DNA from: Breznakia sp. PF5-3
GTDB taxonomy: Bacteria > Bacillota_I > Bacilli_A > Erysipelotrichales > Erysipelotrichaceae
NCBI RefSeq assembly: GCF_029504745.1
Contig: NZ_JAQFIQ010000017.1
Location: 13,600 to 45,599 of the forward strand
Direction of reading: 5' to 3'
DNA: 32,000 nt
In this document: positions 11,025 to 20,059 of the stretch, in pieces
Layout: each line of letters starts with the position of its first letter
Numbering within the stretch: position 1 is the first letter of the stretch
Program-made: the position numbers and the translations under genes
Notes under the pieces: generated by a model
What the model was told of the DNA's origin: nothing
What the model saw: only the letters and a program-made list of their open reading frames with translations
Database searches by the model: none

Positions 11025-13865
11025 TTAATTTCCAATATAGATTACATAAGAATCTGTATCGTTTACTTTTGCTCCACTATAAATGGTACTTTTTGAAAGA
11101 TCCAATTCACCTGTTGAAACACTAGAGCTTTTTTCAAATGAATATTTCACTTCAGGATAATATGTTTTCATATAATTGTTTACTTTGTTAACAGCAGCAT
11201 TGTAACTAAGGCCTCCAGTAAACAAGGCATCAAATCCACTATCTATTGTATATTCTTTTTCATCTTTAATATCACTGGCTTTAACGCTTTGACAACGCTT
11301 ATCACTGCTTACATCCGTTTTCGCATATTTGTAGTAACCACATACTTTTATTTCATCACCATTTTTCAATGCAGAAGGCCAAGCGGAGAATTTTCCACTA
11401 CCACTACCAGGTGTTTGGGTTGTTACTACCGTACCATTTACGGATATATCCGCTTTGTATTGTACAGCTCCAAACAAGAAAGACTTATCAAAGAAACGTT
11501 CCCCAGAAGCAGAAACTCCATTTGCACTCATACTTTTTGAATTTGAGGCTTCTTTTAGTTTTTCGCTATCTGGGAATGCAGCAATCTTATAATTAACAGT
11601 TCCATCTTTGAAACTAACACTAATATTTTCAGGTGTTGATAACGCATCTGGTGATACGGTTTTCAAATTACCTGAATATTTCTTTAAGATGTAACCAGTT
11701 ACCATTAAGTCACTTTGATTTGCAGTAGCTGTTGCATAAGGGAATAATCCCTTGATATGTGTAATAGATGTTACATCATCTGGTTGTGGAAATATCTCTT
11801 TTGAAGCAGTATTTCCATTATCTGTAAGATTATCTAGCATAGATCTAGTAATTCTACCTTCAAGATTCCAGTTGAGTAATTGATCAGGTGTTAAATAATT
11901 TTCTTCACCAGCTGCTGGTTTATCGTAACCAGCCCATGTTGCAACCGTATATGTATCTGTATACCCAACAATCCATTTATCTCTGGCACTTCCTTTTGGA
12001 TAGTTATACTTTAAAGCTTCTTCATCATCATAATCGGTTGTTCCAGTTTTACCATAGATACGATATCCAGAATCTTTAAGACTGATAATGTTTCCCCAAC
12101 CTTTATCTACAGCTCCAGCTAACATATATGATGTTAACCATGCAGCTCCTTCTGAAAAGACTCTTTGTTCTTCTTGGTCAGCTTTATAATCTTTTTTACT
12201 TTCATCTTGATATTTAATTTGTTTTACAGAGTATGGCTCAATGTAATTCCCTTTGTTTGCTAATGTTGCATATGCTCCTGCAAGTTGTAAAGGGGTTACT
12301 CTAAGGTCACTACCACCAATTGAGTAGTTTATGGAGAAGCGTTCAACCGCAGTTTCACTAAACCCTAATTTCTTAAGGTAACTTTTCATTCCATCTTCAC
12401 CAATGGTATCCACAAGGCTTAGCATGGTTCTATAAGCTGGTACATTATATGAATAGTTGATGGCATCTTCTAAAAGCACATCTCCTCGCCATTGACGATC
12501 AGCATTATACATTACGCTTCCATTCCCATATGCAAGTGGTCCATCTTCAAGTGTATGCTTTGTGGAATAACCAAGTTCATCAAATGCTTCTGCATAATCA
12601 ACAATTGGTTTTGCCGTAGATCCAATTTGTTGAGTTTCATTCCATGCGCGGTTCATCGATATGTCACTACCTCGACCTCCACCAAGAGCTTCAATTGCAC
12701 CGGTTTGATTATTAATTGCTGCAAATCCAGTTTGATAGCGATCATCGTAGTTTACTGTGATATCAAATGGAACACCATAACTATCTATTGCATCATCATT
12801 ACAAATCGCATCTGCATATTCTTGTGCATCACGATTCATTGTCGTATAGATATCCATTGAGACTACATAAGGGTTATCCCCTGTTTTTCTTTCAACTTCT
12901 TTTACTACATAAGCGACAAAACTCTCATATTTATCAACAGTGAAGTTTGTTTCACCATTTAAAGCAAACGCCAATTCTGTTGATTTTGCTAGTTCATATT
13001 CTTTATCAGTAATATATCCATGATAATTCATAAGTTCTAATGTCGTATTTCTTCTACTTACTGCTTCATCGTAATGGTTTACATACACCGTACCATTTTC
13101 ATCAACTTCTGATTTATAATAGGGGTTATAAACACCTGGTGCATTAATAACACCAGCTAAGAAAGCAGCTTCGCTTAAATTTAAATCTTCTACATTTTTT
13201 CCAAAATAATATTGAGCACCTTTTTGAATTCCTCTTGCCGGACCACCAAAATTAATCTTATTTAAATAATTTTCAATAATTTTTTCTTTTGATAGTTCTG
13301 ATTCAATTTCCATCGATTTAAAAATTTCTTGAACTTTTTGCTCAACTTTTCCTAATGTAGAAGCTTCTTGTTTTGCTTCTTCTGAGAATAAAGCAACATC
13401 AACCAATTGCATAGTTAATGTAGAACCACCTTGTCGAATTCCACCAGATGTTACATTCACAAAACCAGACTTGATAAATCTAGGTAAATCAAATCCATTG
13501 TGTGTGAAAAATCTTGAATCCTCAACAGATAGAAAAGCATCAATTACAACTTGTGGAATTTGTTCATATTTAATATTTTCACGAACTCCACTCTCACCTG
13601 ATAGAGTAGTTATTAATTCACCATTCGCATCATAGATTCGAGATGAATTCTCTGCTGTAAGTCCATCGATTCCAGCAACGATTTCTGATTTGTTTAAAAT
13701 GTTTTGTAAAACAACAAAACCTACAATACTAACAACTAAGACAGTAGATAAAAATACAATACAGATGCTGTTTACAATTTGTCTTCTGGTTAATTTCCCC
13801 TTAGGTTTTGGGGTGCTATTGGTATTAGTGCTTTTCTTTGATTTGTTTTTTAACTTAAAAGCCAT
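11025..13865 (-). CDS. ponA: class A (bifunctional glycosyltransferase/transpeptidase) penicillin-binding protein 1
   Basis: 946 aa with an N-terminal basic tail and a TM helix. GT51 motifs EDSRFFTHNGFD and GGSTLTMQL. Transpeptidase boxes STAKP, SYN and KTGT (residues 606-609). RBS AAGGAGG lies inside the recU 3' end. Confidence 0.9.
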   Translation of the reverse strand: MAFKLKNKSKKSTNTNSTPKPKGKLTRRQIVNSICIVFLSTVLVVSIVGFVVLQNILNKSEIVAGIDGLTAENSSRIYDANGELITTLSGESGVRENIKYEQIPQVVIDAFLSVEDSRFFTHNGFDLPRFIKSGFVNVTSGGIRQGGSTLTMQLVDVALFSEEAKQEASTLGKVEQKVQEIFKSMEIESELSKEKIIENYLNKINFGGPARGIQKGAQYYFGKNVEDLNLSEAAFLAGVINAPGVYNPYYKSEVDENGTVYVNHYDEAVSRRNTTLELMNYHGYITDKEYELAKSTELAFALNGETNFTVDKYESFVAYVVKEVERKTGDNPYVVSMDIYTTMNRDAQEYADAICNDDAIDSYGVPFDITVNYDDRYQTGFAAINNQTGAIEALGGGRGSDISMNRAWNETQQIGSTAKPIVDYAEAFDELGYSTKHTLEDGPLAYGNGSVMYNADRQWRGDVLLEDAINYSYNVPAYRTMLSLVDTIGEDGMKSYLKKLGFSETAVERFSINYSIGGSDLRVTPLQLAGAYATLANKGNYIEPYSVKQIKYQDESKKDYKADQEEQRVFSEGAAWLTSYMLAGAVDKGWGNIISLKDSGYRIYGKTGTTDYDDEEALKYNYPKGSARDKWIVGYTDTYTVATWAGYDKPAAGEENYLTPDQLLNWNLEGRITRSMLDNLTDNGNTASKEIFPQPDDVTSITHIKGLFPYATATANQSDLMVTGYILKKYSGNLKTVSPDALSTPENISVSFKDGTVNYKIAAFPDSEKLKEASNSKSMSANGVSASGERFFDKSFLFGAVQYKADISVNGTVVTTQTPGSGSGKFSAWPSALKNGDEIKVCGYYKYAKTDVSSDKRCQSVKASDIKDEKEYTIDSGFDALFTGGLSYNAAVNKVNNYMKTYYPEVKYSFEKSSSVSTGELDLSKSTIYSGAKVNDTDSYVIYIGN

Positions 13866-14442
13866 ATGTATCCTCCTTAAAATACAAAGTATCTACAATA
13901 TTTAGATATTTTAATCGCGGAGAAAATGATTCTGCAATTAAATATCCACACTCTTTTACTTTTTTATAACTAATCGATTTTTGTGAATGATCCAAATAAG
14001 CGTTTACAATAATTGAACCATCTATTAAGTAGGTTTCATTATAAGCACTAAATCGAATAATCACAAAAGCGATTCCTCCATGAAGGGCAACATCTCGTAA
14101 ATGTTGAATCTGATGTTCATGGATGTTTTTAAAGGTGAATGATACTTTTGATTTTGTTTCTTTTGCTTCAAAATCAATGTATTTTCCTCGATAAATCCCA
14201 TTGTAGTCAGTGGTACTAGGGGTTTTGTAATACCCTTCAACAATTTTTGCACTACTACGATTTGGGTAATCGACACGGACAACTTGAACAGGCGTAGGTT
14301 TCTTATATATAAGAGCCTGTTTTGTATCTCGATAAAATCGATTACTATCATTGATGTCTTTTTCGAGTCCCATTCCTCTTTGGTTAGAGTAATTTGAACT
14401 GCTTTGAAGATTTGGTTTTTTCTTGTTTGGATAGTTAATCAT
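13855..14442 (-). CDS. recU: Holliday junction resolvase RecU
   Basis: 195 aa with RecU-like core (...YKKPTPVQVVRVDY...DYNGIYRGKYIDFEAKET...). Shows the classical recU-ponA arrangement with an 11-nt overlap. Confidence 0.88.
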   Translation of the reverse strand: MINYPNKKKPNLQSSSNYSNQRGMGLEKDINDSNRFYRDTKQALIYKKPTPVQVVRVDYPNRSSAKIVEGYYKTPSTTDYNGIYRGKYIDFEAKETKSKVSFTFKNIHEHQIQHLRDVALHGGIAFVIIRFSAYNETYLIDGSIIVNAYLDHSQKSISYKKVKECGYLIAESFSPRLKYLNIVDTLYFKEDTYGF

Positions 14443-14553
14443 ATATTCACCTAGTTTATATTATACTACAATCAGATATGTGATTTCCATAAATTTCATT
14501 ATTATACTTGCTTTTTTTATAATAATTTGCGAAACTTAGATTGGTGATTAGAA

Positions 14554-14868
14554 ATGAATCAAAAATATAATTTAAATACTAAAAAAATTCTTGAAAAAGA
14601 ATTCCATGTTGATATGAAAGGGTATTCTACTCATGAGGTAGATGTTTTTTTAGATTTGGTTATTGAAGATTATGAAGCCTATGATCAATATGTTGAAGAA
14701 TTAGGTACACATCTACAAAACTATGAAGCAGAGATAAAGAAACTTCATGGAGTAATTGCTGAGTTAGAAGCGACGTTGAAATATGAGAGTGGTAAGCAAC
14801 AAAGTGTTGATCAAGTTGATTTGTTGAAGCGTATTTCTAATCTAGAGAAGACAGTTTTTAAAAAATAG
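14554..14868 (+). CDS. gpsB: cell-cycle protein GpsB (DivIVA-domain protein)
   Basis: 104 aa with DivIVA N-terminal motif FHVDMKGYSTHEVDVFLD and a coiled-coil tail. Divergent from recU-ponA and adjacent to rnpB, as in Bacillus subtilis. Confidence 0.85.
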   Translation: MNQKYNLNTKKILEKEFHVDMKGYSTHEVDVFLDLVIEDYEAYDQYVEELGTHLQNYEAEIKKLHGVIAELEATLKYESGKQQSVDQVDLLKRISNLEKTVFKK

Positions 14869-15220
14869 TACATGGCAATCGCTGCTTATTTTGTAAGTAG
14901 AGGAAAGTCCATGCTCGCATAGTCTGTGATGATTATAGTGTTTGTGCTAGATGAAAAAATAAATCTAGGTAGCTTTGGCTAACGGCTGAAAAAGTCCTAA
15001 GGAATATATATTCTATGGAGGATTTCTTTAAAAGTGCCACAGAGACGAGCTTTTATAGAAATATAAAAGATGGAACGGGTAAACCCCACAAGCGAGAAAC
15101 CCAAATTTTGGTAGGGGAACTTCTGCGTGTGAAACGAAACACAAAGAGGACACATATACGTGTAGATAAATGGTTGCCACCTTTTATAAAGGTACAGAAC
15201 ATGGCTTATATGTACTATTT
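14867..15220 (+). ncRNA. rnpB: RNase P RNA, bacterial type B
   Basis: Universal P4 halves GAGGAAAGTCCATGCTCGCA (5') and ACAGAACATGGCTTA (3'). Also contains AGTGCCACAGAGACGA, GGTAAACCCCACAAGCGAGAAACCCAAATTTTGGTAGGGGAAC and P1 pairing AGTACAT/ATGTACT. The ends are approximate. Confidence 0.92.
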
Positions 15221-15225
15221 TTAGA

Positions 15226-15252
15226 AAAATGAGACAATGGTTTCATTTTTTT
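15226..15252 (+). terminator. intrinsic terminator after rnpB
   Basis: AAAATGAGAC-(AATG)-GTTTCATTTT, a 10-bp stem with one G-U pair, followed by extra Ts. Confidence 0.65.
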
Positions 15253-15254
15253 GT

Positions 15255-15283
15255 TTTACATACATTTTCAATATTGGTATAAT
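15255..15283 (+). promoter_or_regulatory. sigma-A-type promoter of the rodZ-pgsA-cinA-recA unit
   Basis: TTTACA (15255-15260), 17-nt spacer, TGgTATAAT (hexamer 15278-15283), 30 nt upstream of the rodZ ATG. Confidence 0.6.
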
Positions 15284-15313
15284 ATTAGTGGTATGTCTTA
15301 CATGAGGTGAAGA

Positions 15314-16270
15314 ATGAAAGATATAGGAAAAAAATTACAAGAAAAAAGAAGTGAGCTAAAGTTGTCATATGAAGATGTTTCAAAGATGACAAAAATGCCA
15401 ACAGACAACATTCGCGCAATTGAGAGTGGGAATATAGAATATTTCCAAAATGACATTACTTATTTGCGTTTTTATGTACGTGCTTATTGTAAAGCTTTGG
15501 GGATTCCCTTTGAAGATCTTCGTGAGCAATTTGATGATAGCATTGAAGAATTTACCCAAACAATGTCTTTGAAGGCGATTAAAGATCGTGAAAATATCGA
15601 AGATAATATAGCATCTAGAACAGAAATAAAAAAAGCGGACACTTATAAAGAACCGCCAATTGAAACGGTGAAAGATCGAAGTTCAATTCGTCAAAATGCA
15701 AGCCAAACAAACCGATTTCGCAAGAAAGGAAAATTGGATATATCACTTATATCTCTTTTAGTGATTGTTGCAATTGTTATTGGTGTTATTGTTTATGTGA
15801 TGTTTAGTAATGGACTAAATCCAAATTCTAGTGGGTCAGAAGAACCACCAGTAAGTGACACAAATACACCAACTCCAGAGAAAGAAAAAGAGAAAGAGAA
15901 AGAAAAGGAAAAAGAGAAGGAAAAAGAGCCTTCATACACAGTAAAAGAAGTAACGGCTGATAGTTATGAAATCAATGGTCTTAAAACAGGGGATCCATTG
16001 AAAATTGACATTACTTTTAGCGAAAGCTGTTGGGTTGTTGGAACATTGAATGGAACTGAAGAAATGATAGTATCGGATACATATACAGTAGAAAAACCTG
16101 TCAACTATGAAGGTGTAGTAGGCACTAACGATGTATATAGTATTACTTTTGGTAACTATAAACCAGATGTTGTTACCGTAAAAATCAATGGGCAAAAAAT
16201 GACAATAAACCCTGAAATTACAGGTGGTACAAACTATGCTGTATTAACGATTACAGTGAAAGGCAATTAA
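15314..16270 (+). CDS. rodZ: RodZ-like cytoskeleton/cell-shape protein (N-terminal HTH, one TM helix, extracellular C-terminal domain)
   Basis: 318 aa with an XRE-type HTH (LSYEDVSKMTKMPTDNIRAIESGN), TM helix ISLISLLVIVAIVIGVIVYVMF and an (EK)8 linker. Occupies the ymfM/rodZ position upstream of pgsA-cinA-recA. Confidence 0.75.
   Translation: MKDIGKKLQEKRSELKLSYEDVSKMTKMPTDNIRAIESGNIEYFQNDITYLRFYVRAYCKALGIPFEDLREQFDDSIEEFTQTMSLKAIKDRENIEDNIASRTEIKKADTYKEPPIETVKDRSSIRQNASQTNRFRKKGKLDISLISLLVIVAIVIGVIVYVMFSNGLNPNSSGSEEPPVSDTNTPTPEKEKEKEKEKEKEKEKEPSYTVKEVTADSYEINGLKTGDPLKIDITFSESCWVVGTLNGTEEMIVSDTYTVEKPVNYEGVVGTNDVYSITFGNYKPDVVTVKINGQKMTINPEITGGTNYAVLTITVKGN
15878..15928 (+). repeat. imperfect GAR-AAR tandem repeat encoding (EK)8E inside rodZ
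   Basis: gagaaagaaaaagagaaagagaaagaaaaggaaaaagagaaggaaaaagag reads in frame as EKEKEKEKEKEKEKEKE. Confidence 0.9.
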
Positions 16271-16271
16271 T

Positions 16272-16865
16272 ATGAATTTGCCAAATAAAATATCTATTTT
16301 TCGAATTTTGTTGATACCAGTAATTGTATTTTTATATTTGTTTCCTTTTGGTGATTATGGGATTGTTTTTCCCGTTTATATGGTTAATGAAATAGCAATA
16401 TCAGCATTAAATATAATTATTTTAATTCTTTTTGCAATTGCATCTATAACTGATTTTATTGATGGGTATATTGCTCGGAAATATAATCTTATAACATCTT
16501 TTGGGAAATTTATTGATCCGATTGCAGATAAATTATTAGTGAATACATTATTTATTTTACTAGCATCATCTGGCACTGTTTCAATTGTGCCAGTTTTATT
16601 GATGATTTGGCGTGATACAATGGTAGATGCAATGCGCATGATGAGTGCCAATAAAGGAATTGTGGTTGCTGCTGGAATATGGGGGAAGATGAAAACCGTT
16701 TTTCAGATGGTAACCATTATTGTTATATTATTAAATAATATCCCATTTGCATTTTTTGATATCCCAGCTGCTGATATTTTAGTATGGGTATCTGCCATTA
16801 TCTCTGTATATAGTGGAATTGTTTATTTCATGCAGGCAAAAGATGTTATTATGGAGAGCAAGTAG
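16272..16865 (+). CDS. pgsA: CDP-diacylglycerol--glycerol-3-phosphate 3-phosphatidyltransferase
   Basis: 197 aa, polytopic. CDP-alcohol phosphatidyltransferase motif DFIDGYIARKYNLITSFGKFIDPIADKL. Confidence 0.9.
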   Translation: MNLPNKISIFRILLIPVIVFLYLFPFGDYGIVFPVYMVNEIAISALNIIILILFAIASITDFIDGYIARKYNLITSFGKFIDPIADKLLVNTLFILLASSGTVSIVPVLLMIWRDTMVDAMRMMSANKGIVVAAGIWGKMKTVFQMVTIIVILLNNIPFAFFDIPAADILVWVSAIISVYSGIVYFMQAKDVIMESK

Positions 16866-16867
16866 AG

Positions 16868-17323
16868 ATGAATCAATTAGTTGGCTTATTGAAAAGTAAG
16901 AATATGACAATTGCTAGCATTGAAAGCTTAACGGCAGGTTTATTTGCAGCAAAAGTAGCAAGCGTTTCAGGAGCATCAACGGTTTTAAAAGGTGGGATGA
17001 TTACCTATCAAACAAGTGCTAAACAAGATGTTTTACACATTGATGAGCAAATTCTAAAAACATATGGTGTTGTTTCTAAGGAATGTGCAGAAGCGATGGC
17101 TATATGTGGAGAAAAGATATTTAAGACCGATATTATTGTATCTTGTACAGGAAATGCAGGTCCAGATGTAATGGAAGAAAAACCTGTTGGTTTAGTCTTC
17201 ATGGGAATTAGGATTTATGGTAAAATCTATACATATCAAAATGTGTTTAGAGGGTCGCGCAATGAAATTCGTGAACAAGTATGTACATATTTAGAAAATA
17301 AACTTATAGAACATCTAAGTTAG
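16868..17323 (+). CDS. cinA: CinA C-terminal domain protein (nicotinamide-nucleotide amidohydrolase PncC type), lacking the N-terminal MoCF-binding domain
   Basis: 151 aa. N-terminal IASIESLTAGLFA plus ...TGNAGP... are typical of the CinA_C family. Sits in the cinA position immediately upstream of recA. Confidence 0.82.
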   Translation: MNQLVGLLKSKNMTIASIESLTAGLFAAKVASVSGASTVLKGGMITYQTSAKQDVLHIDEQILKTYGVVSKECAEAMAICGEKIFKTDIIVSCTGNAGPDVMEEKPVGLVFMGIRIYGKIYTYQNVFRGSRNEIREQVCTYLENKLIEHLS

Positions 17324-17365
17324 GGGTTTTCAAAGTTTAAGCATACAAAATATAAGGAGGAAGCT

Positions 17366-18394
17366 ATGGCTGATAAAAAAGAGATGGAAAAAAAGGATGC
17401 ACTATTAGAAGATGCATTAAAATCTATAGAAAAACAATTTGGTAAAGGTTCGATTATGAAATTGGGTGATCGTAGTGCAGTTGCAATTGATGCAATTAGC
17501 TCAGGTAGTATCAAAATCGATGATGCTTTGGGTATTGGTGGATATCCTCGAGGAAGAATTATTGAAGTATATGGACCAGAATCAAGTGGGAAAACAACGT
17601 TGGCATTACATGCTATTGCCGAGGTACAAAAAGCTGGCGGACGCGCAGCGTTTATTGATGCAGAGAATGCTATTGATCCACTTTATGCGAAAAATTTGGG
17701 TGTGGATATTGATGAATTGGTATTATCACAGCCAGACTCTGGAGAACAAGCGCTTGAAATTTGTGAAATGTTAATTCGTAGTGGAGCAATTGATTTGGTT
17801 GTTGTCGATTCTGTTGCTGCATTGGTGCCACAAGCTGAATTAGATGGTGAAATGGGAGATGCACAAGTTGGTCTTCAAGCACGTTTGATGTCAAAGGCAA
17901 TGCGTAAATTATCTGGTGTAATGAACAAAAGTGAATGTACAGCAATATTTATTAACCAATTAAGAGAAAAAGTGGGAATTTTATTTGGAAATCCAGAGAC
18001 AACACCTGGTGGTAGAGCATTAAAATTCTATTCATCTGTTCGTTTAGATATTCGTCGTAGTGAAGCAATTAAAGTTGGAACGGATGTAGTAGGGAATAAG
18101 GTAAATGTTAAGGTGGTAAAAAACAAGGTTGCACCACCATTCAAAGTAGCAAGTGTAGAAATTATGTATGGAGAAGGAATCTCATATGTTGCTGAAGTAC
18201 TTGACCTTTGTGTTGATTACGAAATCATTCAAAAAAGTGGTGCGTGGTTCTCGTATGGTGACGAAAAAATTGGTCAAGGAAAAGAAGCTGCTAAGAACTA
18301 TTTAAAGGAAAATCCTAAGTTTTTAGAAGAAATATCAGCAAAACTAAAAGATAAGATGTATCCAAAAGAAGAAGAAGTGCAAAAAGAAGCTTAA
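17366..18394 (+). CDS. recA: recombinase RecA
   Basis: 342 aa with Walker [10 protein letters not shown], plus ...[14 protein letters not shown]... RBS AAGGAGG. Confidence 0.98.
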   Translation: MADKKEMEKKDALLEDALKSIEKQFGKGSIMKLGDRSAVAIDAISSGSIKIDDALGIGGYPRGRIIEVYGPESSGKTTLALHAIAEVQKAGGRAAFIDAENAIDPLYAKNLGVDIDELVLSQPDSGEQALEICEMLIRSGAIDLVVVDSVAALVPQAELDGEMGDAQVGLQARLMSKAMRKLSGVMNKSECTAIFINQLREKVGILFGNPETTPGGRALKFYSSVRLDIRRSEAIKVGTDVVGNKVNVKVVKNKVAPPFKVASVEIMYGEGISYVAEVLDLCVDYEIIQKSGAWFSYGDEKIGQGKEAAKNYLKENPKFLEEISAKLKDKMYPKEEEVQKEA

Positions 18395-18408
18395 GCTTCT
18401 TTTTTTTG
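18381..18408 (+). terminator. intrinsic terminator overlapping the recA stop codon
   Basis: AAAAAGAAGC-(TTAA)-GCTTCTTTTT followed by a long T run. The TAA stop lies in the loop. Confidence 0.7.
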
Positions 18409-18421
18409 GAATATATTTTAA

Positions 18422-18450
18422 TTGAAAAAAAGTTAAAATTTATGTATTAT
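18422..18450 (+). promoter_or_regulatory. candidate sigma-A promoter of rny
   Basis: TTGAAA (18422-18427), 17-nt spacer, TATTAT (18445-18450) preceded by TG. Confidence 0.4.
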
Positions 18451-18508
18451 ATACGTAGGTGAAAAAAACGCCAAAAGTATGAAATAAAAAGAAATAAGGA
18501 GGATTTTT

Positions 18509-20059
18509 ATGGATATAAGTACAATCCTCTTGTCTGGTGTAATTGGTGTTGTTTTAGGGGTTGTCATTATGATGATAGTCGCTAAAATGGGAATTACAAA
18601 AAGTAAACATCAAGCAAAAATTACAATACAGGAAGCTGAGTCTAAAGCTGATAACATTGTTAAACAAGCAGTGTTGGAAGGTAAGACCCAAGCTCATGAA
18701 ATGAAACTTAATGCAGAAAAAGAAGTAAAGAAGAGAAATGAGGAACTCCAAGATAAGGAGAGCCAACTTTTACGTAGGGAAGATAATCTCAATTTTAGAG
18801 ATGAGTCTTTAACGAGCAAAGAAGCTCAAGTGGATAAGAAAAATACGCAATTAAGTGAAAAACTGTCAGCATTAGACAAGAAAGAAGAAGAATTGGATCG
18901 TCATATTGATGCTCAAGTAGATGAACTTGAAAGAATCGCGACGATGTCAAGCCAACAGGCAAAAACAGAATTATTTAGTATTGTTGAGAAACGAATGGAT
19001 AAAGAAGTCGTTTCTTATATTAAAGAAAGAGAAGAAGAAGCCAAAGATATTGCGGATGAAAAAGCACGTAATATCATTGCTTTATCAGTACAACGTTTAT
19101 CGCAAGAGGAAGCGTCAGATCGAATGGTTTCAGTGGTAACTTTACCTTCAGAAGAAATGAAAGGTAGAATTATCGGACGTGAAGGACGTAACATCAAAGC
19201 AATTGAACAAGCAACAGGGGTAGATTTAAATATTGATGATACACCTGAAGTAATAACTTTATCTTGCTTTGATCCAATTCGTCGTGAAATCGCACGTCAA
19301 GCACTTGAAAGCTTGATCAAGGATGGAAGAATCCAACCTGGAAGAATTGAAGAAGTGGTACGTAAAGTGAAAAAAGAAATGGATACGACAATTTTAAAAG
19401 CTGGAGAAGATGCAATTTTCAAATTGGGTATCGGTAAAATGGATAAAGATATCATACGTTTAGTAGGAAAATTGAAATATCGTTATAGTTATGGACAAAA
19501 TGCTTTACAGCATTCTATGGAAGTAGCACATTTAACAGGTATGATGGCAGCTGAACTTGGACTTAATCAAGCGTTAGCGAAGCGAGCTGGATTATTGCAT
19601 GATATTGGGAAATCAATTGATTACGAAGTGGATGGAAGTCATGTTGAATTGGGATACAAATTTGCTAAGAAGCATGGAGAAGATCCAGTTGTTTTAAATG
19701 CTATTCAATCTCATCATGGTGAAGTAGAAGCGAAGTATTTGATTTCCAATCTAGTATACGCAGCAGACACTTTAAGTGCAGCTCGTCCTGGAGCTCGTAA
19801 AGAGCAAATGCAAAATTACATTAAACGATTAGAAGATCTTGAGCAGATTTCAAAATCATTTGATGGTGTAGAAAGTACATATGCAATTCAAGCAGGACGT
19901 GAAATTAGAGTTATGGTTTCGCCAAATAAATTGGATGATACAGCGTGTACAAAATTGGCACGTGAATTAAAAGATAAAATTGAAGCAGAATTAACATATC
20001 CAGGACAAATAAAAGTTACCGTTATTCGTGAAACACGGGCTAATGAAGTGGCAAAATAA
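18509..20059 (+). CDS. rny: ribonuclease Y
   Basis: 516 aa with an N-terminal TM helix, a coiled coil, a KH domain (GRIIGREGRNIKAIE) and an HD domain (LLHDIGK). Confidence 0.96.
   Translation: MDISTILLSGVIGVVLGVVIMMIVAKMGITKSKHQAKITIQEAESKADNIVKQAVLEGKTQAHEMKLNAEKEVKKRNEELQDKESQLLRREDNLNFRDESLTSKEAQVDKKNTQLSEKLSALDKKEEELDRHIDAQVDELERIATMSSQQAKTELFSIVEKRMDKEVVSYIKEREEEAKDIADEKARNIIALSVQRLSQEEASDRMVSVVTLPSEEMKGRIIGREGRNIKAIEQATGVDLNIDDTPEVITLSCFDPIRREIARQALESLIKDGRIQPGRIEEVVRKVKKEMDTTILKAGEDAIFKLGIGKMDKDIIRLVGKLKYRYSYGQNALQHSMEVAHLTGMMAAELGLNQALAKRAGLLHDIGKSIDYEVDGSHVELGYKFAKKHGEDPVVLNAIQSHHGEVEAKYLISNLVYAADTLSAARPGARKEQMQNYIKRLEDLEQISKSFDGVESTYAIQAGREIRVMVSPNKLDDTACTKLARELKDKIEAELTYPGQIKVTVIRETRANEVAK

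Noticed and set aside
15015-15224. 69-aa ORF on the + strand in the ORF track
   Set aside because: It lies entirely inside the RNase P RNA gene and includes its conserved J3/4-P4 sequences. It has no RBS, so it is not a coding gene.
15878-15928. Tandem repeat considered as a possible CRISPR, minisatellite or contingency locus
   Set aside because: It is in frame inside rodZ, has no spacers, and simply encodes an EK low-complexity linker. It is kept only as a coding repeat.
17273-17286. Possible LexA/Cheo box upstream of recA (GAACAAGTATGTAC)
   Set aside because: The spacing is GAAC-N6-GTAC rather than GAAC-N4-GTTC, and the right half-site is wrong. It lies inside the cinA coding sequence. 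Not a credible SOS box.
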